Assembly: GCF_902459465.1 (NCBI RefSeq)
Contig: NC_047067.1
Coordinates: 62,001-126,000 of the forward strand
Source: Asterias rubens
Lineage: Eukaryota
DNA length: 64,000 bases
Reading direction: 5' to 3'
Part shown: positions 10,372-22,300 of the stretch, piece by piece
How the letters are laid out: each line of letters begins with the position of its first letter
Numbering within the stretch: position 1 is the first letter of the stretch
Program-made: the position numbers and the translations under genes
The notes under the pieces: model-generated
The model's database searches: none
Seen by the model: only the letters and a program-made list of their open reading frames with translations
Told to the model about the DNA's origin: nothing

Positions 10372-13300
10372 ACAACAACAACAGCATCACAGCAACAACA
10401 ACAAAATAACAGCAACAACATCAACAGAAGAAAACCCAAAACCAATGTAAAAGGTCAGGAAACCGACCGTTGCATGCAGCTCACTTTTTGAGTCCACATG
10501 CTGTTCTTGGAGAGTCCAATACCAAATCCTGATCTACCAAATAGTTCACCAACAGTAATAAGCCCACAATCCTGAGAAACTTGGAAATCAAGCATTGCTG
10601 AATCCCAAATGAACGCATCTAGGACACTAAAAGATAAGAACAAGAGAATAGTTTTCTGAGACTTGATGCATTTAATAATTACGTTTCAGAATTTGTAGAA
10701 ATTATTAGTGGTTTAAGCTTCAGTGGATAGTATTTTGGCTCTAAAGGGACATCACACATTCATTGACTTTGCAGAGATAAATTGGCAAAAAGTATACTTG
10801 CGACAACACATTATGTGCAAATATATTTGCGACATCGTTAATATTTGAAATATATTTGCGAAAACATTTGCGACATCATAGTCGCAGCAAATATTTGCAA
10901 GACATATTGTGATAATCTTTGCGACATGGCAAATCTATGCTAATATATTTGCAATGTGTGCCTTGACGGTTCGCTTTCACAAAGAATTAGGATTCATCGT
11001 AAGATGAGTTGTCAATAATTACTGCCCTAGTGGTTTGATTGTGACAATTACAATTTACTTTTCAATTATAAAAAAGGAACACGTTGCCTTAGATCGGACG
11101 AGTTGGTCTTTGAAAAGCGTTTGTAACTTGTTTTTATAAAATGCATATCGGTAGAAAGATGTTGTAAAAGTAGAATACAATGATCCACACAAACATGCCT
11201 CGAAATTGCACGGTTTTCCTTTTACCTCGTCGACTTACACGGTCGGCCATTATGGGAATCAAATTTTTGACTCACATAAATGGCCGACCGTGTTAGTTCG
11301 CGCAGTAAAATGAAAACCACGCAATTTCGAGGCAAACTTGTTTGGATAATTGTATTCTACTTATTAAACATCTTTCCAACCATATGCATTTTATAAAAAA
11401 CGGTTACAAACGCTCAGTTATAGACCAACTCGTCCGATCCAAGGCAACGTGTTCCTTTAAGTTTAATACACAGCCGCCCCAAGGGCCACGATAGTATTAT
11501 GTTGAAATCAAATGGCTTGCGAAATTGGCGTACACGCCATTGCAGCAAGTTAAACATTATTGTGCTGTGCAACACAGCTCACATACAAAACTCTGTGCAT
11601 TCTGTCCTTTTCAGATATCCATTCGGCAAGATGTAATATTATTGCATGCCGGCATATAGTGTCAAAACCATACGGATCTGTCCTACAGGGGCAGGACAAT
11701 ATTCTAAACAGTTATCCTGTCATTAGATAACGAAAAGCTTTATCAGCATCGTTGTAATCCATGCTGGCATAGTGTCTGTCATTTCAAACCATACGGATTG
11801 ATAGTAAAGGTGCAGCCAATAAGATATTTATTCGAAACTACTGCTTACCCACTCTTGAGATCACGAATAGCGTCATCAGCATCGTCGTAATTATACTTTA
11901 ACATGAATCGATACATGGTGGACAGCTCAACTTGCCGACGAAAGTACATCTCCACTGAGCTTTTACTTACCGTTGCATACTTAAAAGAATCCGATGGATT
12001 TCGAATCTATAATGTGATAAGAACGCCTTCATTTCACTTCATTTCTTATTTCGCAAGGTTAGAAAAAGCAGATAGAAAACGGATATTCTAAGTACAACTA
12101 CGGTAAAACAATGTCTACACGGGACTACATGCAACAATTGAAACATCTGGAAACATATGTCCAGCTGGTCATTAACGTAAAACAATTTGCATACGGCCAA
12201 CGAAACGCATTTTAATTTCACTTCGTGCACATCTTGTGTAACAAACTGATTGACCAAATACCTGGATTGCAATCATTCAATCTAAATGTACCACCAAGGT
12301 CGGGAGGAAAAACAATATATTAATGACAGGACATTTTGAATAGTTGTTAACCTTTGCATCATTGATACCAGTTATGCGAGCCTCTGGTCGGTCTAAGACC
12401 AAATATGCAGCGAGGTTGGCCGTATATGACGCGACCATGATCATGGCAAACCCCGCCCAGACCACACCCAGAACTCGAGCACCGAAACTCCGTGGTGTTC
12501 CTAAAGTGGAATAAAAAGGTAAATGCATTTCAAAGCCTACTATGTATAATACAGCTGAAGAGTGTGCCCGGAGGAAGGGCGTCAGGCTCTTTACAAGAAG
12601 TAATGTTGCTGACAAAAGGTTGAAGGCAATAAAATACAGCATCACTGGGCCCTTTCGACATTTCCGCTTTCCAATTCTCATGCAGATTTTACCTTATATA
12701 TATAGTGAATTTATGATGTTGCATTGATCTGTCTGAATTTATTGTTCACTTTTCGAGTCTCATTTGTTAACTCTCTTTTTCCTTTGTTAACGGTCTCGAT
12801 ATTTAACTTTACGTCAACTCGATTTCGCTTTGTAAACTCGTTAGTTCAATAAACTCGTTATACCATTTTCATTGTCAACTCGTCGTTCAGTAATAGTCAT
12901 CTCGAACCATGAGTACGAAACGCTGATGGCTCCTTGACAATAGGAACCAAGTAACATTGCTCAGCCTACAAAAACCGTCAAGTGTCTGAGAAGACACAAT
13001 GACGCTTGGCTACAGTAACTTACTTTCTCCAACTCCACTGTTGAGCACCACTGACCATGAGAACCATACTGCCTGAGAGAGATTCAATGCCGTCTGCTCC
13101 TCATCATTCCGGCGATGTGAGAACGGACTGAACCTATCGAGTAGATAGATTACTACCGGTATGACATGGATGCAGATGCCGATAAGAATCCAGAGGGAGA
13201 TCTCAAATGGACGCATGAACGACAGAAGGTTGGTGTTCATTTCCATCTGGAAGAAGAATGACGTTTTTGTTTAAAGATATGCAATCACCAAGGTGGTAGC

Positions 13301-16300
13301 ATCTCGATTTTGTATGCTAAAAATGAGTAGGGAATGAAGTTCAATGATTTTCAGTTTATTTTAATTGATAGCAATTGGGCTACATACGTGGAACTAAATG
13401 TAGAGAGAGATACTTCATTCATTCACATTATTTACAAACGGGTTCCGCCGAATAGAGTGGGGACAAGTTCAAAAGAACTCTTTCGCCACCCACCCCCTCA
13501 TTTCACAATAGACATGATATTTAGATTAAGGAAAACACCCAACACTAACCTTTTTGACGAGTATTGTCAAGCCCTGATACTTGTACGGTTTGGAGAAGTC
13601 AACAAAACGTGCTCGCTCGTTAGTGATGGTCAGAGGGGCCATTATCATGTCTGCTTTACCGTCAAGTATTTCGCCGATCATTCCATTCCATCGCTTCTCT
13701 GTGCCGTTGATCTTGGGAAATAAAACAAACACTATGATACAAAATAATTCGTCTTTGTTAAACTCAATTTAGTTGTTTTAACGTTCTCCTTGGTATGTAC
13801 AAATCATGAAACAGAACCCCTTCTCCAGGACAGCATACAAAGCCATAACCCAGGAAGTCATTAAGACGTGTACAGCATTTGTAAAGGCGCACAAATTCTG
13901 CTAAAACAACATTCAAAGATTATCATGTGGAAGGAAAAGAAATTGTGAACAGGTACCTGCAGGTGTGTGTCTTCAGTTGCTGCTGAATAATGAGATGTTC
14001 CCCGAGATTTTCAGGAAGTAAATTCAAGAGCATGGGGTGCTGTGCTTGAAAAAGACCCCGTTGCCAACATCATAGCTCAATAGCATTACACGTTGCCAAA
14101 CACTGGCATTACACGTTGCCAACTTACACGTTGCAAACACCATATATAGCTCAATAACATTTACACGTTGCCAACACATTAGCTCCAAAGCATTACGTTG
14201 CCAACACCAAAGCTCAATAGCATTACACGTTGCAAACACATTAGCTCAAAAGCATTACGTTGCCAACCCCATAGCTCAATAGCATTACACGTTGCCAACA
14301 CCGTAGCTCAAAAGCATTACATGTTGCCAACACCGTAGCTCAAAAGCATTACACGTTGCCAACACTGGCATTACACGTTGCCAACTTACACGTTGCCAAC
14401 ACCGTAGCTCAAAGCATTACCCGTTGCCAACCCCATAGCTCAATAGCATTACGTTGCCAACACCATAGCTCAATAGCATTACACGTTGCCAACACCATAG
14501 CTCAAAAGCATTACACGTTGCCAACACCAGCATTACACGTTGGCAACTTACACGTTGCCAACACCATATTAAGCTCAATAGCATTACACGTTGCCAACAC
14601 CGTAGCTCAATAGCATTACACGTTGCCAACAACATAGCTCAATAGCATTACACGTTGCCAACACATGAGCTCAATAGCATTACGTTGCCAACACCGTAGC
14701 TCAATAGCATTACACGTTGCCAACACCGTAGCTCAAAAGCATTACACGTTGCCAACACCGTAGCTCAATAGCATTACACGTTGCCAACACATTAGCTCAA
14801 AAGCATTACGTTGCCAACACCGTAGCTCAATAGCATTACACGTTGCCAACACCGTAGCTCAATAGCATTACGTTGCCAACACCATAGCTCAATAGCATTA
14901 CACGTTGCCAACACATTAGCTCAAAAGCATTACGTTGCCAACACCGTAGCTCAATAGCATTACACGTTGCCAACACCGTAGCTCAATAGCATTACGTTGC
15001 CAACACCGTAGCTCAATAGCATTACACGTTGCCAACACCATAGCTCAAAAGCATTACACGTTGCCAAACACTATGGTGCAAAAGCATAACACGTTGCCAA
15101 CTTATACGTTGCCATCACCGGAGTGACAACATAGCTCAAAAGCCATAGCTGGATAGCATTACACATTGCCAACACCATAGCGCAAAAAAAACCCAAACAT
15201 GTTTACAAAGGTGTATACGATGTAAAAGCCACAAACGACAACCAATACCTTACCTTTTCGTAATTTCCAAACTGGTTGTCATAGACGCTATGTAGGTCAA
15301 AGGTGAAGTTTAACTCTTTGGAGAGTGAGTTTAAGAGATCAATGCAGAAACCTGAGCAGCACTGCCAGAGACCTAGATGTGGATTTTTTAAATAACACTC
15401 AAAATATAACTAATTTAGTTGAAATTCATATTTCGGACCATGCTATCAAAAGGGTTTATTACAAGGGGTGGATCACGATAATGAGTTTGACAGGGGCGTG
15501 CCGTGGAGGGGCGGGGCGTTGCCTCGCGCCCCTACTGCTATAACGGGAAAAGTAGGCCTAAGATAAGTCTATAAATTAAAAATACAAGAAATGTTTCAGA
15601 GCTGTCCTCCTTTTGTTGCCCGACTAAAATAAATTATCGCATCATTGAAAGCACGTGGCTCGGACCGGGGCTCGGTCATGCTGTATGGGGTCCTTTATGA
15701 AACAGGGTTTGTGCTTTGGCTCTCCGGCTTGGAATCCGTCAAAAGCCCCCCCCCCCCCCGCCAAAAAAAATACACGCTTTCAAGGAGACCGTCAAGCCAC
15801 CTATCGCATCGCTTATGAGGAATTCGCACTTCAATGGATCTATCAGACAAATCTTAAATAGTCCTTTATCTTTTTATCCGAATTTCAATGTTACAATATG
15901 CGGGAACTAAGGTGGAGGTTTCAGAGAAAACCCAGTGTCTTTAGATATAGTCATTAGGTTTACGGTAACATTACCGCAAACCTTTCCATTACCCAGTGTC
16001 TTCACGATACTAAATTCTTAACCAAAGAAAACAAACAAAGTATTTGAATTCGACACAGAGGGAGCGCGACCGTTGGGCATATAGATGTGTGTTTGTAAAG
16101 TATTTATGCCGTGTTCGAATTAGAGTCTAGGGCTATGGCTACAACTGTTGCTCAGGACGTCATGAATTTCAACACATAAAGACCCAATAGTCCAACCGTA
16201 GTCATGAGCTGTAGTCGCCTTATTGGACGCAGTCTGACTTACTTCCGTTTGCTGCTAAGCATGGAACTGAATCATTCCCAACGCATTTTTTGGTAACTGG

Positions 16301-19300
16301 ATCACTGTCATTTATGTAGACAAACGGAGGGTTTCTTAGCGTTACCACCTAAGAGAAAGAAAACAAACCAGAACAAGACAAATACAAATCGTGTGGTGAC
16401 ATATCAATACGAGCAGCAATATAGAGTGATGTTTTGACGTTAACCGGCTGGCACCTTTAAAGAGGTCAACCAATAATGAACCTCCGATGAACAGGATTAA
16501 CCAATGAACAAACCCATAATCACCGAAAATCCAAAGCAGTTATACCCATGTATATAAATGCCTAGAGACTAGCAGTAATAGTCCGTAATTGACACGACAA
16601 TCTGAGTTCGATTATTGTTTAATCACTTTCTCTAAAACCTCAGATACTTATACCTTATCAACAGTTGATGTGCATGTTTGTTAACAAGTAAGGTTTTTAT
16701 GGTAATTTGCTTTTCGAAGTAATTACCAAATTAATGTATCATTCCATACCACTGCGTAACAATAGTTTAGGAGAAATCACGAGATAGTTATGTTGTTAGT
16801 ATGACCAATTCATTACCGAAAACAACACCAGTCGTATGAATTGATTAATAGTTCCCTCCTCATTTATTGTTCGATAGATACCTTTGTAAATTCTAGTTCC
16901 AATAAGCATCTCATTATAAACTAAAGGCCCCAAACCATCAGTCACATACTTACCCTTAGATGAGTGGGGAGTTCGTAGCCTTCTGGTCGGTCCCGTATCC
17001 CGCCGGGCCACACTGGTGTGTTCTGGTTGGTAGCAAGCCCAGTCGCTGACAACCACTCTCCAATAGAAACTTCTTCACCGCCCTGAATGTTGATGATGTC
17101 GTAGTTGGCAGACTTACGGTCGCCATTTGCGTCAAAGTCGATCATGCCTGTTTCTCCTTGCAAAATGATTGCATCTAGGAGGTTTCTAAAACAAGATGTT
17201 GTAGATACAGATTTGTAAAATACTTCATTATAATAACCACTGTAACTTCGGTAAATTGTTTGGGGTAGAATGTTGTCCCATAGCGCTTGTCTGAATGGTC
17301 ATGTTTAGATGGTTTTTCGCATTAAGAAGACAGACCAGTGGAAGAATGTACTCCAACATTAGAAGCACTGGAAGAACCAAGTCAAACACAGAGTAAGCCC
17401 GTATAAAGCAATTTTATTAAACTGTTTTAGCAATTTGGGTGTTTTTACTGTTTATATGTTTTTTAATTATTCGGGGTTGAACAGAGACAAACTTTTCTTG
17501 TTGAAACATAGGGAACGAGTTACATACAAATGTCAGCTCCTTAAAGAACAAGGGGAAGTGAACACGAATAGTCTTAATTTTTTTTTTCAAGCCTCTTTTT
17601 CTCGAAGTACACTGAATAAAATTGCTCCGTACTTGTAATAAAGCGAACCGCTAGGCCATAAACTTTCCCCGGGTTGTCTGCAATCGGATGGTGGTGGTTG
17701 AGTCCCTTTATTCTGGACGAAGCTGTGGATCCCCTTGGCCACCACCCTTACGGAGTCCTTGATGTGGGCTTTGGTGTCTCCACCGTGTTTGAGACGCATG
17801 CCAATCACACCCTCTGGGGCTGAAACCAATGCATCTCCAGTAACTCCCTGCTCAGTAACGAGCCAGGCATAACCACTCTGTGTCATGTTAAGACGTTGTG
17901 CGTCTTGATAGACAGTACATGCGTCTTTTTCACTGTAAAGTTAAAACATTGGTGATGTAAAAGAGCTTTAGAGAAGATGAAAATGAACCCAATGTAATGT
18001 TTCAATTATAGAACAGATTAGACTATAGCTGCGTGGTAGCTTTTCTTTAACCCGAGGCCTACAATTGTTGAATAAGGTGCACGCTGGTCTAGCTAACGTT
18101 TGATCGCTAGCTAGACCAGCATGCACCTCATTCAACGCCCAATGCGCGCATACCAATGTTTGCACAATAAAAGGTCTATGGAGATTGGGGTTCAGTCTTT
18201 ACACATTGGTCAAATTCAATAATCTTGCATGCAGATTTTGATTTAAATTGGTTCGGATTGATATCAGCAATATTGTTTAGGGAAATAGTTTAAACTGAAG
18301 TCAGGAATTCGGATGATAAAAATACATTATATTTAACAGCAGAAAACATTTGCCTAAATTAATATGCGATAATCCTATCCTACCTCGCGTAGAGAAGTAT
18401 AACTCTAGCTTGGCATTTCTTGACTTCAATAAGTACATCTGTCATGTTGTTATTTCCAGGTTTATACGTAATAGATCTCTCCATCTAGAACAAAACATAA
18501 ATTATTCATCATCATCATGGACTCGTAATCATGATTGACACCCCTAGACACCCGAAGCCAACATCCCCCCAAATTCTGATAATCGGTTGGTCGAGACCAA
18601 GAGCAACGAAACAACAATAATCCCAACGGACTGCAACAACATGATTGTGAAAAGGAGACGAAATAAAACCTTTAAAATTAAAAGAAAGCACCATTTGAGA
18701 ACTAAACATTTTTGAGGGGTTCATTTTGGTTACCATTGCAGATCTACGTATCAATGGAGATCAATGGTTTACAAAAGCCTACATTTTTATGTTAACGCGT
18801 GAGTCAAGGTTGTCTGCTTGTGTCTTGTAATGTTCCCTTTTTAATGTTAAACCCAATTTTACTCTGCTGGTAATTTTCATGTTTTAACTGTTTTTTTTTT
18901 GTAAATTCAAAATTTTGCATGTGGCAACCAAATTGAATGTTTTGAAATAACCATGCATAATAATAATAAATAATAATCGCACCATTTTTGTGTACAGACA
19001 CGCACGGCTAAAGGGTTGCTCAACTGAACATCTTACGTCACACTTCGAGATCCTGCCACCTTTGCTGTATGACCTCGGCACATTGGGTGCATTCTTTTAG
19101 CTTCCCTGTGTCTCCCCCGCGGTGCTCACTCGGGTGAGCCACTGACAAGAGCTAAACGAACGACCACTCACCGCTCTCGTAGTGACGTCGTTTACCTGGG
19201 GCCAGCCCCCAAGTGACCAACTCCACAAGCAGGGCACAGGGGGCTGACCTGGTTGAGCCCCCGGAATGACGTCAAAAGCTATTCAAACGCACCGGGGCAG

Positions 19301-22300
19301 ACCGGGGATGACCCAGGGAAGCTAAACGAACGCACCCAAACATACGAAGATGCATAAAGACGACCGAAGTGCAAGCTGGCCATCATCTTTCACCTCGGAC
19401 CAATCATAACACAAGGAAAGCTTACGTCACAGCACGTTTATCCAATGAAAGCATTGTGCCTGTAAGACCGGTGCCTGTATTTTATCCGCAAGGACCAGTC
19501 TACGCGATTCCCTGCTCAGCGTAATGTCCAATTACGAATCTTACCTTGAATCTGTGGTAATCCACCATGCGTTTCCTGAACGTGCTGAGAATTGAACGGC
19601 CATCTTGGTCACTGCTAGTTATAATAACCACACTGCTCCATTCAAAATGCTCCACAATATCTGCCCATACAATGGCCTGATGGGAGTAGGCTGGTACCGT
19701 ACGGAGATACGATTTGTGGATGTGCTGTTTACCAATGGAGGGAGGAAACATAGTTGAAATGGGTGGATATATAAGTGACGATATTGAAACTAGGTATTAT
19801 GCAGTATAGATCACAACGAGGACAATGAAGAATGTTTGAGTCACGACAAGAAGTGTTTAAACAATCTTAGGTGCATTTGCTTATTTAAGATGCATACGCA
19901 CTAGCAGAGAGTCCTTGTTAAAAGGAAACGGCTGCAGATTTGATTCAGGAAGGTATACAAAATAAAGTCATGTAAACAATAAGAACGGACATATTGATCA
20001 ACACCTATATGAATATAAAGCGCATTACAATAAATAAAACATTTTTAAAGTCATGTAAACAATAAGAACAGACATATTGATCAACACCTATATGAATATA
20101 AAGCGCATTACAATATATAAAACATTTTTAAAGAAAAATAAATACCCAAAACAGATAAAAAAGGAACTAAATGAGTAAAGTAAACAAATTGTTTTTTAAA
20201 TTTGGTTAAAATACAAAAGTTAAGATGATTCTCCAATACAAAGATGGAGATTATTCCATAGTTTTGGAGCGGCGTACACAAATGCCCGATCACCCAGGGT
20301 AGCCTTTAAATTTCTTGATGGGTATGAACAAATAATTAGCATAAAGCTTGTGCGCACTAAAACATATTTTGTTTGCAAAATGGGTTAAAATTTCGCCTTT
20401 TGTCTTAGGGCTAATGGTGACGTAACGCATGCGTGTGTGCGTCTGCCTAGTGCATGCACAACTGTATGGCGTTTGTGACAGGTGAATGTAATCAGCACGT
20501 TTCATGATCAAGGCTGACTGAAAAGATATGGAGGTCGTTCAAACAAGTAAAGTCAGAAGGATTGTGAGAGATAAGATGCATAGGATTGGAGGAATCGAAC
20601 AATGAAAAAAGGTTCATGAAATTGCCACGACGAAAAAAAGTAACTGTATTTGACAGATTGATTTAAAACGCTTTATATCTGATGATGAATCTTAGCAGTT
20701 TTTCTGTAGAAATAAAAAATACCTTATCAAGAAATAAAATCGTTAGAGATCATACAAAATGTTCGAAGTGTAAGTCTTGTGTTGACTTTAAAGGAACACA
20801 GTGCCTTGGATCGGACGAGTTGGTCTATAAAAAGCGTCTGTAACCGTTTTTTAAAATGCATATGGTTGGAAAGATGTTTTAAAAGTAGAATACAATGATC
20901 CACACAAGTTTGCCTCGAAATTACGTGGTTTTCCTTTTACTTTGCGAACTAACACGGTCGGCCATTTATGGGAGTCAAAAATTTGACTCCCATAAATGGC
21001 CGACCGTGTTAGTCGACGAGGTAAAAGGAAAACCGTGCAATTTCGAGGCATGTTTGTGTGGATCATTGTATTCTACTTTTACAACATCTTTCTACCCACA
21101 TGCATTTATAACAAACGGTTACAAACGCTTTTTGTATACCAACTCGACCGATCCAAGGCAACGTGTTCCTTTTATATTTAACTAAAACTTCAACGTCCGT
21201 ATCATGAGCAAAACCATAATAACACTATTCGTTTGACAAACTGGGTATCTGTGAATGGACATCGTGAGAGAGCCTGATTTCCAGAACGGTTATGTCCACG
21301 CAGGAAGAATATTTATTTATTTTATTTTATTTTAATTCTTCGGACAAAACAATAAAACAAGCACAGGCCGTCCAGGGAAGGTAAAAGTAAAAAGTAAAAA
21401 AAAAAAAAGAATGTCATCAAAAAAAGATGTGCCCTCCCATGCCTAGCTCATAAAAAGTTCACATTTATATACTATACATTAAACACTTTAAAATATTCCA
21501 TGATTGGAAGACACAATCTGTGAAACAAATCTGACAGAAACGCTTCTCAGATTCAAATTTCGGGGGATGAATTCTGATATCTTTTTCCATAACCACAATA
21601 TTCGAAGTGAAATTATTTTTAAAATGCTTCATACTATAAATAAACGGCTTATTTGCCATTAATTGCCATACATTTTAAGAGAGATTGCCGAACTAAGGCA
21701 TGAGGTCTGCATTCGTTATGATAATAATTAATGCTGTGTTATGCTGAAATCGGGGTCTGAAAATTACATATCGTTCAAACGCAATTTATAGACAAACCAC
21801 CAATTACCCGCGGGTATGTCGCCACGTTTTAATACGTTCAGAATTATGTAGACGAATTCATGAATATTAACAGTATAATAGTGTGTTCCTCAATACACAA
21901 ATACCTTGCGTGAAGATGGCTTTAGTGGGATGTTCTGTACAACTGAGCTCGTCTATACCGAGTTGATTTTCCAGGAATGGGAATTAAGGCAATTCAAGTA
22001 ACTAAACATAATAATTATACATAATGATCATTTGAAATAGGCCTATTCATACACACATCATTATTAATGCCAATTGAGTTCTTGTTGCGTAACACAGATT
22101 AAAATAATTTCGGTTAAAACAAAACGTTACCTGCCGCATGGAACAATACTGTATACTTTATTTAGCATTCAAGAAACGGTTATAATATAGCATTCGTGAT
22201 GCTTGTAATACAAATACCTTGGTTCCAGACGGGATGTAACAAAATTGAAGAACCTCCAAAATTAAGTTCACCAATCCACTAACAACATCCTACTATTACT

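Noticed and set aside
10292-10428. Polyglutamine-coding exon on the plus strand
   Set aside because: No start codon or splice context, it is interrupted by TAA, and it lies inside a grin1 intron.
14056-15182. CRISPR-like appearance of the ~32-bp repeats (also the 36-bp array at 41975-42440 and the 22-bp array at 51088-51230)
   Set aside because: The units are head-to-tail with no unique spacers, there are no cas genes, and the context is a eukaryotic intron.
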